The notes under the pieces were generated by a model, which saw nothing but the letters and a program-made list of their open reading frames with translations, had not been told where the DNA came from and did no database searches. This document shows, in pieces, positions 43,176 through 56,003 of a stretch of 64,000 nt of DNA (positions within the stretch are counted from its first letter, which is position 1; the number at the start of each line of letters is the position of its first letter). This DNA is from Eledone cirrhosa (Eukaryota), in assembly GCA_964016885.1 (NCBI GenBank), contig OZ024741.1, positions 293,508,001 through 293,572,000 on the forward strand. Reading direction: 5' to 3'. The position numbers were made by a program, and so were the translations under genes.

Positions 43176-43246
43176 TATTTTATCTGATGAGAACGCAAGT
43201 ATCATCCCATGATGATATTTTTTTTTGAAATGCGCATAATAAAATA
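43176..43246 (+). ncRNA. Minimal type I hammerhead with palindromic stem III
   Basis: TATTTTAT-CTGATGA-G...TATCAT-cccatg-ATGATA...T-GAAA-TGCGCA-TA-ATAAAATA: 8-bp stem I, ATGCGCAT palindrome. Confidence 0.8.
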
Positions 43247-43274
43247 CATGGAACTCTTTTAACCATCTTTTGAT

Positions 43275-43327
<53 letters not shown>

Positions 43328-44789
43328 TAATTATCATTGTTTTTACATGTTTTCCATACTAGTATGGCTTGGATGAACTGTTATAAGTCAGTATTCTAAG
43401 GCTCCATAGCTCTCTAATGCTATCCCTCGCAGTCACAAATGATGTGTCTATCAGACTCTCTGTCTATCTCTCTATCTGTATTTCTCTCTATTATTTTTTT
43501 GTTTGTTTATCTCTCTATATCTTTCTCTGTCTATTTGTCTGTCTATTTCTCTGTCTGTCTCTCTCTCTATATATATATCTATCTATTTGTCTGTCTATCT
43601 ATCTATCTATCCAATGTGGTCCAATCAAATCTGATTCTCCAGAAGGATAAATGCTCATTTGATTGAACCCTCTACCAATTCTTCTGAAATAACTGGAATT
43701 GTTAGTACTATTACTTTCTAGCATAGTGACAAAGCCAAACATTTGAGCAGGTGTGGACCAGTCAATTATCTTGATCCTACTACTAGACTGTTATTTTATA
43801 TCGATCACAGAAGGATGATGAAAAGTAAAGTTGATCCACTGTATTTTGTTCTAAACCACCACTATAATATGAATAAACAACACATTCTCACAATTACTAA
43901 TTAATTATTTTTTAACTATCCCTTCAACTTTGTTTGTAATATTATGAGGTATTTATTTGTTTATCCATTTGTTAAAATATATTTTGGTCTTTTTTCTACG
44001 ATATCAGTTACTAAAAATGGGATATTAATTGGAATAGCAATTTATTGCATTCCATTAACCAAAACTACTTCTCCATTCTTCATAACAAGCTCTGTTAGTT
44101 GAATTACTAAGTAACAGAGCATAAAATAGCAGTACCATTAAGCAGTGTCAACATAGATATTGACACACATATACATATAATACATAAATATAAGTATATA
44201 ATGGGCTTCTGTGCAATTCCAGTCAACCAAATTTCACTTACAGGGCGTTGTTCAAGCTAAGCTTTTAGTAGAATACACATGGTTTGAAAAGTCAAAAACC
44301 TCATGGTGCACAGAAAAGCTATGTCATCTCTACAATCTCTCCTGTTCTTCCTCTCATTGTGCTCTCATTGATGGTGCCAATTTGGAAGTTTGGTCCTTTG
44401 TCATCAATGGTTGTTTAGGAAGATAAGGGTGGATATTTGTGAGTGTTGGTGTGGATGTATGCTTTCTGTGTCTGAAATAAGGAAGGTTCACATTGTCACT
44501 TGAAAAAGTGTGTGGGGGTGGGTGGGTGAATGGTGGCATATGTAAGTGAATCATGCAAGATGAATACATGAAATAAAGGAGATGAATACATGTAATGGAA
44601 AAAAGTCATTGATTTGAGGAGGGAAAGAAGATTTGGAGGTTGTTAATTTGAACAGGCATCAACAGAAATTTAAAGGTGATTTTTAATATACATTTTCATG
44701 GTTAAGCTGATGTAGTGTGAAATCTAGTGGTTTTTAAAGCTGGAAGTTAATAGAGGAACTAGGAGAGAATATATGTGTATATATGTGTG

Positions 44790-44827
<38 letters not shown>

Positions 44828-45076
44828 CACACATATATACACATAGCTTTTTTCTCGTATCACCTACACGATCTCGATCTCGATCTCATTTATCTCATTT
44901 ATTTGGACTGGATCTATTTATGAAATATAATTCCATTGGATGCTTGAGCACAAATAATGAGTTCACTTTAATTGTGAAGTTCAAACTTTGACATGATCAC
45001 ATTTGATCTTGTTAACCCTACTTCTATATGAATGAGTGAATGAAAGAGTTACAAGCCGTTAAAACATATCTTTATA

Positions 45077-45118
45077 TGCTCTTACACGTGTCTCACCCAG
45101 AGGGGCTCATCGGAGGCA
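45077..45118 (-). ncRNA. Degenerate minimal hammerhead
   Basis: TGCCT-CCGATGA-GCCC-ctct-GGGT-GAGA-CACGTG-TA-AGAGCA: ACACGTGT palindromic stem III, two core substitutions. Confidence 0.6.
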
Positions 45119-45351
45119 GATGTTCCGATGGCTAGGTCCTTAATTACAAATCCCTGAGAGGGTATTATAACATCACATCACTACTTCTATATTCTGTCAG
45201 TCTTTTACAATTGCTGGTGCCATCTACAGCCAACACACATCAACGTTATCACCCAGTTTCTGTTATCTGTTCACCTTAAATGTGAGTAGTGCCAAATCTC
45301 CTAACTACTGTCATAGATATCTGTTATATTTCTCTTGCAAACCACCCAATA

Positions 45352-45542
45352 ATAATAATTGTTTCTACTTTAGGCACAAGGCCAGCAATTACCCAGTGCA
45401 TTACTGGTACTTTATTTTATTGACCCCGTAAGGATGAAAGGCAAAGTCAACCTCGGCGGGATTTGAACTCAGATCATAAAGGGACGTAACTATGCTGGAA
45501 AGCATGGCGTCCGACCCTCTACTGATACTGCCAATCCACCCA
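45352..45542 (-). mobile_element. Meta-type SINE (full length)
   Basis: Near-identical to 41880-42070; flanked by caataataataat repeats. Confidence 0.9.
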
Positions 45543-45638
45543 ATAATAATAATACTTTTAATACTATAACAGATTTTTCAACCCACTTGAACTCAATCTT
45601 GCATGCCATGTTTAACTAACACCAGATATCCTACAAAC

Positions 45639-45767
45639 CATAATTCAACTCAATCCACTTCATTTGCTGCACCGATACTGATATGGAGAACAGACAACAT
45701 GGTCTTTTCCATTCAACTCCCATGTTGTTGTCGTCAGCACTACCACACAGCTGATGCTAAAACTCTC
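45639..45767 (-). other. Weak candidate exon
   Basis: ttttcAG acceptor closing a ~116-nt GT..AG interval (45768-45883); ATG-initiated MGVEWKRPCCLF...; weak GTTTGT donor. Confidence 0.2.
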
Positions 45768-46509
45768 CTGAAAATGTTCCATTCAATTGATAGGAAGCAC
45801 ATTCAATGAACACGATTAAGTGAATGCAATAAAATGAAAATAAATACAAATAAAAAAATAAAATAGAAAAGGGAAAAAAATACCTGTTCAAAATAGCTGT
45901 TTAGTAATGTCAATCGGTTGTCACAGAATCAAAGTATATAATAAAACTTATTAGTATAGACAAATTCATAAGATTATTTCAATGGTGTGTAGTAATTGTT
46001 TAATGGCAGATTTGGAAAAAACTTTTTTTCAACGTGTCCTAAACTTCCCATTAGAAATTGCATGAGATTCTGTGAATGTGTGTCTCTGATTCTCATGCTT
46101 TGTCAGTTGTCACTGTATATTGATGTTTTCTAGCAGTTCCATTCTGCAGACTATTATTTAGAATCCGGCTTACACAATTCAATTTAATCCATGAGATGGT
46201 AGAGTTCTAGTGTAAAAGGGAATGGTGTGGAAAAAAGGATAGAGCAGTGGTGATGTTAAGAAAATGGTTTCGATTATAGGAGTGAATAGAATGGCATTTA
46301 GCTGTGCTTCAGGAATTGAGACTGTAAAATTGAGCAGGAGAAATGAAGTTGGTAACTAAAGGAAAGAGGTGGGTAATAAAAAGCAGCAGTAACAAAAGAA
46401 TAAATAATATAATAAAATAGAGTTATCCTCAAAATAATGGCTACAACACAAAAGAAGAACTGTCAATATCATTCTCTTTGCTATTCACACTCAGGCTATT
46501 TCCATATAT

Positions 46510-46960
46510 CATGATCATCATCACCATTTTATGTCTGCTTGTTCATGCTTACATGGGTCTTTTTTAACACAGCATCCTTCCACTCATTGCATTCCTTTGT
46601 GATCTCCTTTTTTGAGCTTCAACGAATTGAGATCAGCTCTCACTACCTCCGCCCAGGTCTTCTTTGGTTTTCCTCTACTGTGGCTTCCTTCAACTGGGAT
46701 TTCTTTATACTTCACTAAGCTATCATCATCCATATGCAGCACATGTCCATACCAGCGCATTCTTTTCTCTTGAAAACTACATTAACATCATTCACAACCA
46801 TTAATGTTGCACACCCATTGAAGCATGCTGACTTCATTTCTCTCCAGCTTTCGTATATCTTCTGAATTCACTACAATTCAGCATCACACATCAACCCCAT
46901 ACTACTGGCCTCTCATTCATAGAGAAGTTTCCCATCCTGTTCTTCATCTAGCTACTATCC
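46510..46960 (-). mobile_element. Old RTE 3' fragment
   Basis: RNEVSML, RWYGHVL and RGKPKKTW-like motifs; (GAT)n tail. Confidence 0.75.
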
Positions 46961-47216
46961 TTAGTGCATATCCACAATCTAGATCCAATTTCAAATGAGC
47001 TGTTTAATTGGAAGTTTACTTTTGAAGTCGTGTCTGTGATCTTTAATGGTGATGTGGGGTGTCGTTGGTATATATGGTTCTGTTCTGTCATCTATGCATT
47101 ACAAGCATACACATATGTATTCATACATAGATTCATACATATATAGATACATTCATACAAACACACACATGCACGTACATACATTCGTACATACATTCAT
47201 GTATGCATTCATTCAT

Positions 47217-47257
<41 letters not shown>

Positions 47258-48039
47258 ACACACATATATACACACACATGCATACATGTATACATATTGA
47301 CATATAAACTTTTATTTTATGCTTACATGCTGAAATCAGCTCTGACTTTTTGTTCATACTTATATAAAAAAAAGAATCACCATTTTAGTTTTAAAATGTG
47401 AATGAAATCAGTGAGCCAATAATTCTATAAATGTTTCATAAACTATGTACCTGATATGTTTTTTTAAAGCCATCTTATATTTGTATCTTGATTACAAAAA
47501 AACAACGCAGAGGAATGTTTCAGATATTTTATTCAATTTTCTGAAAAAAAACCACAAAAACAAACAATACAAATAAATAAATATAATAAAAGGAATAAAA
47601 TTTAAATTTCAAAAAACAACTGAAATGTCTATTAATTTAACTAGAGATAATAATTAAGTTAGAGGTGGAGTGTAGAAGCTAGTGACATGTGTATTTGTAT
47701 GTGTTCATGTGCATATATCTATATGTGTATATATCTATATGTGTGTGTGTGTTTCTGTGTATAAATGTGTGTGTATCTGTATGTATATCTAAGTTGTGTG
47801 TGTGTGTGTGTGTGCATGAATGTGCATATATGTATATAAAAGGATAATATTTGTGTATATGCATGTACCTGTTCATGCGTATGTTGGAAGAGAAAATATG
47901 TGTATGTCAATAGATAAAGTGTATCTATCTGTGTGTATGTGTGTGTCTATGTATAACCATGAGTCTGGGTATGTCAAAAGAGTAAGTCTATATGAGTGTT
48001 AATGTATGTCTTCATGTGACTCTGTCTATTATTGTTGGT

Positions 48040-48955
48040 ATGCAATAAATAAACCTCAAATTGTTGGTCCTGTTGGGGAAAAGTCCATCAAAAGCACTTG
48101 AAATACTTGAGTAAGTGTAAGGAGATAACACCTTGTGGCACACATGTTTTTGAGTGGCACAAGAGATTCAGAAAGCAGTGCAAAGAGGTGGAAGATGACT
48201 CCAGGAGTGGGAGTGCTTCAACAAGCTGGACTAAGGTCAACCTTGAGTCAGGTGGTGTATGGCAATTGTCAGTTGATTGTTTGAATGATCAGCAGGACAT
48301 GAAAAAAGATAGTATTTGGAAGATTATCACCGAAGTGTTTTCAACTGAACTAGCTTGGCTTAGTAGATTCATCACTGGTGATGTGACATGGATTTTTAAG
48401 TTCAACCCAGAAACAAAGCACCAGAGCTGTCAATGAAAGTCTTCGATATTGCCAAAGCCAAAAGGACAAGACAGTCAAAGTCAAAAGTCAAAGTCATATT
48501 GATCACTTTCTTTGATGTGAGAGAAATCGTTGACTGTGAGTTCTTGCCAGAGGACCAGACAATTAATTGGTAAGTCTTCAAAGAGATCCTGTAGCATTTT
48601 ATTCCCTCAGTGCATTAGGAGAGATGAGATTTGTGGCAGGACAACTCATGGCTACTTCAATATGAGAATGCACCTGTTAACAACGACCTGAGCAGCTGGC
48701 AGTTCCTGGCCAAGCAGAACATTGCCATAATGAAACAACATCTTTGTTCACCTGATCTTGCTTCATGGGGCCTCATTTTAAAGACGTGGAAGCCACATCT
48801 TCAAATAAGGAGTTAAGGGGCATCCCAGAAGAATCCTTCCAGCAGTGCTTACAAGCATGGCAGAGAAGGATGGAAAAGTGCATTAGACTTGAAGGAAAAA
48901 ACCATGTAGTTTGTTGTTTGGAATTGAAATAATTTGTGACACCATTCCCATTACT

Positions 48956-48962
<7 letters not shown>
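48040..48962 (+). mobile_element. Decayed mariner (D,D34D-type) transposon
   Basis: VFEWHKRF, ITGDVTW, SKVKVILITFFD, ENAP, SPDLA; multiple stops; TIR-like end before (TA)n. Confidence 0.9.
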
Positions 48963-49004
<42 letters not shown>

Positions 49005-49088
49005 TACACACACACAAGAAATATGTATGTATACCAAAAGAGAAAGTCTGTATGTCTGTTATATATATATATAGTTTTAATATAGAAG

Positions 49089-49139
49089 AGCTTCTACAGG
49101 ACTAGAACTGTTTCATTCGTGAGAAATCATCAGGAAGCT
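49089..49139 (-). ncRNA. Type I hammerhead (mirror copy)
   Basis: Exact reverse complement of 49755-49805. Confidence 0.82.
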
Positions 49140-49754
49140 GGCTGTCCAAGTAAATGGTAGTATTTATGTCTTTCCTTATCTGGTGGTAGGAAAGGGTGAG
49201 GATCGGGATGGGTGTAGGTCATTGGTTGAAGGATTTAAAGAAAGGGGATTCATTAAATGCTAATTCTTTAAAGCTATAATATTAACAAAGGCAGAAAGAA
49301 TACTGTAAACAAGTTCAAAATTGGAATACAAATCCTTGTTTATCACTTAAAGTAACAATGCCTATAAGACAGGTGTCTACAGGATGGGTGGGGTTTAAAG
49401 AAAAGGGAAATTCTTTAGAAGCTAATTCTTTAAGGCTAAAATGAGGGTGACAAAGGCAGAAAAGGTTCCATAGAATTTCTTTTTTCTTTAAACCATTGAA
49501 CCCCACCCATCCTGTAGACACCTGTCTTATAGGCATTGTTACTTTAAGTGATAAACAAGGATTTGTATTCCAATTTTGAACTTGTTTACAGTATTCTTTC
49601 TGCCTTTGTTAATATTATAGCTTTAAAGAATTAGCATTTAATGAATCCCCTTTCTTTAAATCCTTCAACCAATGACCTACACCCATCCCGATCCCCACCC
49701 TCTCCTACCACCAGATAAGGAAAGACATAAATACTACCATTTACTTGGACAGCC

Positions 49755-49805
49755 AGCTTCCTGATGATTTCTCACGAATGAAACAGTTCTAGTCCTGTAG
49801 AAGCT
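49755..49805 (+). ncRNA. Type I hammerhead ribozyme, intact core
   Basis: AGCTTC-CTGATGA-T-TTC-tcac-GAA-T-GAAA-CAG-ttctagtc-CTG-TA-GAAGCT: GUA triplet, predicted cut after 49799; ATTAAA downstream. Confidence 0.85.
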
Positions 49806-49891
49806 CTTCTATATTAAAACTTTTATACTCTGCTATGTATTGAGTACCTTACTTACTGTGATTACCTCCGATTCAACCCGGAATAGCTTAT

Positions 49892-49968
<77 letters not shown>

Positions 49969-50630
49969 GTTATATATATATATACACACAAGAAATATGT
50001 ACGTATACCAGAGAAAGTGTGTATGTGTTTGTTAATGACTTTAAACAGCTGATGCTGTGGTTTCATCATTAGCCAACCATTCAACTCATCCAATGCGATC
50101 TTGCCATTTTTCTTGCTGTCCTTTTTATCTTGTTAACGACTAATTAAATAAATTGGTTCTTCAAAGCAAAGGGGAGGTAATTAGAGAAAATAATGAACAA
50201 AATAGGACCCAACATCTCTCCTACATAATGCTAGCTCTTATTGGATGAACATAGCATACAAGCCTCTGTTTCTGCACTTAGGTTTCTATCTATCTATTTG
50301 TCTCTCTTCCTTTGTCTATATCTGTCTTTCTTCATATCTGGTCATACCTCTCTCTCATACACTCTTTCTACCCCTCTCTCTGTACTCCACTCTCTCACTG
50401 TTTGTACACCACTCTCTATTTCTCTTCCTATGCCTCTCTCTACCTCCTCTTTCTCATACCTTCTTTTTACTTCTCTGTCTCATTCTCTTTCATAATCTCT
50501 CTCTCTCTCTCTCTCCTTCTACCTCCCTCATTTTCTCTCCTAGTCTCTTTATATATGTGTATATGGATATTGTTAGTACATTGTTGGTATCATGTATTTG
50601 TGTGTGGGAGTTTCTTTGAGAATGCATGTA

Positions 50631-50712
50631 TATGTGAGTATGTATGAGTATGTATCTCTCTCTCTCTGTATATATATATATAGAGAGAGATATACTCATA
50701 CATACTCACATA
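50631..50712. repeat. Short inverted duplication around (TA)n
   Basis: tatgtgagtatgtatgagtat..atctctctct pairs with agagagagatatactcatacatactcacata. Confidence 0.8.
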
Positions 50713-51324
50713 TATATATATACACATGTATGTCTATATATGTATATATACATATGCATGTGTATGTATGAGTATGTATGTATCTCTATATATATATATG
50801 CATGTGTGTAAATATGTGCATCTCATACAAATTTTAGCTCAGAAATTGTTCTATTTCTATCAATCTCTTTACTTAGAATTAATCTGATTAGCACAATTCC
50901 TGTGTAGACACAGAATCCAGTTTCTTTGTTGCCATTATATTTAGTAAGATGAGATATCTCACATTGGCTGTCTGGTTAAAAAGTTTACTTAACAACCCTA
51001 TAGTTCTATGTTAAATCCTTATATTTTGTATCTTAAGCATGTGTCTTCTGCCACAGATACTGATTAAACAATGATTTGGGAGTTGAATATTTTTCCTTAG
51101 TTTTGTTCTTTGTGGTTTGGTCTGGTTTGGTGGAAAGCTCTGGAGCTACATGAGGCTCTTTAGTCTTTTATTCTTCTCCCCCCCCCCTCCTCCTGATAGT
51201 GTCTATATTCAGTAATTTTAAGTGCTCTGAATTTTTTTTAATCTATTTTATTTTCGAATATATTTACAATTTTGTATTAAAAGCTGTGACTTATGGATAT
51301 TGAAGCAATTTGTGTTTTTGTGGT

Positions 51325-51536
51325 ATTAACTGAGAGTACAAGACTACCCCCACCTCCGACAGGACACCAGTTCATCACAGGGTTAAACCCCCAGCTGTTG
51401 TTAGTACTCATTTTCACCTGAGTATACTGGAGCATGTGAAATGAAGTGTTTTGCACAAGAACACAGCATACAACCCAGTCAACGACATTATGATCATAAG
51501 TCCAACACCCTTACCACTAAGCCATGTGCCTCCACA
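51325..51536 (-). mobile_element. CORE-type SINE
   Basis: Same family as 14400-14660. Confidence 0.8.
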
Positions 51537-52634
51537 CACAAAACAATTGCATTGCATAAGAAAAAAGTTAGCTAAAATTACCTAAAAAAAAAAAGGTTAG
51601 CTTTATTTTTAAGGCAAAAGATGACACTTCAGATTAAAAATGTCCTCTGCCCATGCTCTTCTGGAAAAGGACTCTGCCTCATGGCCTTGAAAGGTACAAA
51701 CCTCAGATGGATAAAATTGATATGATTACTGTTCTGTTTGAACATTTGGTACCATGTAGACTGTGAACAGCTACAAGAATGTCATGTGTAGGTAGGTAGT
51801 GAATTCCAGAAGGATTACATTTCTGAGGAAAAAGAACTGGATAGGTGGGTTGGGGGTGTAATGATTAATGTAGGACCTGGGATAGGGGATACAATACAAA
51901 GAGAGGAACTGTAGGGAATGAAACTGAAATCTGGCAAACATCTGCTGATAATGTGGAGATAAATAACCCCATCAGTACACATTATGATGGTGTGATCTGA
52001 CAAGTGACCAACAAACTAAGAGTTGACAGCTACATGGAGACCCCTCTTTTTTTGACAGGAGAGCTACATGCCAGACTTGGTCAAGGCCTTGCTAGTGTTG
52101 AGGGTGAAAAACATTATTTTCACCAAATTTATTGAGGGAAAAATTCTAATGGTGACTTTAGAGCATGGGTTTCGAATTAATCTAGTTTTATAAAAGTTAT
52201 ACAGGTCAGTGGTCATTAAGAAGAGAAAGATATTCAAGGTCAGGACCCCATCAATTGTTAATGTTTTGCTGGGAAAGGAAGGCATGGAAGGGGGGAGAAT
52301 TGTTGCCTTCAGTAAATGTGTTGAATGGTGGGTAAGAGTGGCGAACTCTATGTATATGCATGTAGATTGGGAAACAACAGAAGAGAGACTAAGAATATAC
52401 ATGCTTGTGTGCATGTATATTTATATCCATGTGTATGAGAAAAAGAAAGTAAAGAGCAGCAAAAGAACTGAAAAACTTATTCTCTTTAAACAGTCATTTG
52501 GAATATTTGTTCTGCACTGAGTTACAAACACTCCTTTGTTACTTATAGCATTAGAAATACAGTGAACCAGTGATTGGCTCAATAACCAACTTACTTATAT
52601 TATTATTCTCCCAGCCATCATCAGCCATATGTAT

Positions 52635-52905
52635 CACACAGCTGAAAACTGCATTGATACGGATATATGATGCACATTGTTGAAGATCACTGAGTGAATA
52701 AGTGCCAGAAAATCCCAATCATAGGAAGCCACAGTAGAAGTAGACCAAAAAAGACCTGGGGAGAGGTGGTGAGATCTGACCTCAAACGGCTGAGACTCAC
52801 AAAGGTTATAATGAAGGAATGTGGTGAGTGGAGAGATACTGTGCTGAAAAGGATCCATCCAACTTATGTGAGCATGAAAACCCTGGATGTAAAAACAATG
52901 ATGAT
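52635..52905 (+). mobile_element. Old RTE 3' fragment
   Basis: GSHSRSRPKKTWGEVVRSDL and tail. Confidence 0.75.
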
Positions 52906-53954
52906 TTGCAATCATCATGATCATTTTCATTTAACACTCTACCCATCTAGTGAAGGTAGGATGGTATAAAATGAAATTAAATACGGTATGACGTAAAAAG
53001 AAAACAAAAACTAAGGAAATTATGAAGATTGGAAATCTTTTGTGTATAGGCTTGCTGGATTTGGGATGGCCAGATGGTGACTGGGAAGTGATGGGGTGAT
53101 TTACAAAAAAAAAATGAATAAATAAAATCAAATCACACCACTCCATTTGTTTTTTATTTTCTATTTCCTTTTTGTAACTGCTCTGATTGATAAGCTTTCT
53201 AATGTAAAGGGATCAAATGAGAGAGAGGAAGTGCGAAAGAATAAGTAAATAAGAGAGAGAAAAAGAGAACTATTTCCATCACAGTGGGAGGTTTTGACAT
53301 CAAAGAAGCAGAGAAGTGTGTGTGTGTGCATGTGTAAGATAGATAGAGAGAGGAGGAGCATGATAGTGAAGTGTGAAACATGATCAGCAAAAATCACAAC
53401 AACACAAGCAAAAAGTGTCATCCCCCCCAATTGAGATCTTCCATGCATGACATAAAACAAGAGAAAAAGACTGAAGTGGGGAAGGATTGTGACGTGATGT
53501 AATTTTCTCTGACTATTTATACATGATGACTGTTTATGGTTGTAGTGTGACTGACAGCTTACAACAACAGCAACATCTACTACTACTACTACTACTACTA
53601 CTACTGCATATGATCAAACTTTTCTGCAATGTCCTTCCCTTATTGCAAACTGTAGAGGGGTATTTGTGAGAGATTTGACTGTTATTTGTAGCTGATTTAG
53701 TGTTGGTAATGGTGGTAGTCAGCTGAAGTAGATATATATTAGGGTGGTAGAGTGAGTGTATCAAGTGTTAGATAGAATGCCTTGCTGCATTTATTGTTTT
53801 TTTTTTCTTTTATGATCAGAGTTCAATGCTCCTTAAAGTTACCTTTGTCCTATCATCCTGCTAGGCGTCAATAATAAAGTACCAGTAAAAGTACTATGTT
53901 GAATATAACTGGCTGTTCCAACTCTTATCAACTTTCTAGCCATCTACCTATGTT

Positions 53955-54180
53955 AGTGAAGCTACATGGCTTAGTGGTTAATATAAGGCTTGCAATTATG
54001 AGGTTGGATCGGGCAATGTATTGTGTCCTCGAGAAAAGCACTTTATTTCACATTGCTCCAGTTTACTCAGCTGTAGAAATGAGTTGCGACCCCAGTGGTG
54101 CCAAGTACTATCAGCCATTGCCTTTCCCTTGGACAACATTGGTGATACAGAGAGAGGAGCCTGGTATGCATGTGCTTTGG
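53955..54180 (+). mobile_element. CORE-type SINE
   Basis: catggcttagtggtta head; actttatttcacattgctccagtttactcagctgtagaaatgag. Confidence 0.75.
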
Positions 54181-55617
54181 AGAAGAACATTCTTGGTGCA
54201 AATCACATGGTCTTTTTACCTATGTTATAAATTATTACTAAGGTGATGGGTTGGCAGAATAGTCACAGAATTGGACACAGTTTTTTGTAGCATTTGTTTT
54301 GGCTTTATTTTCATCATTCTGGGACCAATAATAAACTACTAGTCAAGTACTGGCGTTAATCATCATCATTTTTATGTTTCATTTTCCATGCTGGCATTCT
54401 TTGACTCAGACACAGTAATCTACAGCCAGATGCCCTTCCCAATGCTAACCTTTACTTGCCTTTTAAATGAGGTACAGAGCTTTGCACATCTAACGGCTGA
54501 GCAGCAGGATTTCTGTTTATACAGAATGTAAACAAATATTATAGTTAGCAATGTCAAATGTGAAGAGACACACATACACACAATGCATTTTACATCAACC
54601 AAATTCACTTTCAAGACATTGATCAACCCAAGGCTTACTAGAAGACCATTGTCCAATGATAGAACCCCTGACTATGTGGTTGGAAAGTGAATTTGTTAAC
54701 CATACAGCCATGTTAGCTAATACTATATTATTTCTTGATGCCATTCAATGAGAAGTGACCTTTGTATATTTACCAGTTGACAGCCTAAGAGTAAAGGCTT
54801 GACATTTGGTAATAAAACCTGTCTTAATCGCAGCATATAATTTTGGTGAACCAACGGTTTGGACCACAAATTATCAGACATTGGTTTAAAAGCAGAGCAT
54901 TTCTTGGCAGAGACTTTTTCAGCTTTACAATGATATACACAATTTAATGCTTCAATTTCATTACACATTTATTGTTGTCAGCATTATCGTTGTTGTTGTT
55001 CTTTCAGCAGTTGTCTACTATTGTTATTTTAGTTGTTGATACTGATTTGGCTGCTGTTATTGTTGCTCTTTGTTATCTTTGCTGGTTTCTGTTGTCGCTG
55101 CCCTTCCTTTAAAGTTTTATGTTATCTCTCTTCCTAAGAATATATCTGTTTTTATTTTTATTTCTTGTTCTAGAGTTCAGTGTAAAGGTTAATAGCAACT
55201 GTAGTATATATAGGTATATCATTAAAGCTTTTCATTGTTAACACATGGGAGTAAAACCTCTGTTTTCAAGACTGATATTTATTTACTATATTGTTTACCT
55301 AAATATATCTTATTCTCAAATACCATCAGAGCAAAATCAGCAATGCTATTGGTGTCATTTATTTAAAGAAGTAAATAGTCCACATCTCATTGAGTAAATA
55401 AGAATGGTATCAGCTCAGGGCAGGGTTCAGGAACCTGTGGTTCTGGACTCATTATTATTTCTAATATACTAAATCTACACCCTGTATTAAAATAAAAGCC
55501 ATGATTTATGGCTTTGACATTGAAGCAATTTCAGAGAAGACTGACAGCCAAAAATTGCATTGAATAAGTAAGTTTACTAAATTCATGTTTTCTTGTATAT
55601 AGTTTTGTTTATGATAA

Positions 55618-56003
55618 AAAATTGCTTCTACTTTTGGCACAAAGCCAGCAATTACCCAAGTGCATTACTGGTACTTTATTTTATCGACCACCGCAAGGAT
55701 GAAAGGCAAAGTTAACCTCGGCGGGGTTTGAACTCAGAACATGAAGGGCCGTAACTCTATGCTGCAAAGCATGGTGTCTGACCCTCCACCGACACTGCCA
55801 ATCCACTGCCCTTATGATAAATAATTGTTTCTACTTTTGGCACAAAGCCAGGAATTACCCAGTGCATTACTGGTACTTTATTTTATCGACCCCGTTTGGA
55901 TGAAAGGCAAAGTTAACCTCGGCGGGATTTGAACTCAGAATGGCAAGGGTCTTAACTCTATGTATCAAAGCATGGCGTCCAACCCTCTACCGATACTGCC
56001 AAT
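55618..56003 (-). mobile_element. Two tandem Meta-type SINEs
   Basis: 55618-55812 and 55820-56003. Confidence 0.9.

Larger units (their letters stand above)
49073..49821. mobile_element. Young fold-back element, ~325-bp near-identical arms (probable Penelope pLTR derivative)
   Basis: 49073-49398 versus 49498-49821 with only a few mismatches; 3' extension to ~49892; bounded by (TA)n. Confidence 0.93.

Noticed and set aside
44950-45012. TAATGAG-TTCAC..GTGAA..CAAAC possible hammerhead remnant
   Set aside because: Core incomplete and no stem III.
46960-47090. Possible minus-strand exon
   Set aside because: Weak splice signals; runs into an RTE fragment.
51800-52420. Possible decayed retroelement ORF
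   Set aside because: No diagnostic motif could be read with confidence.
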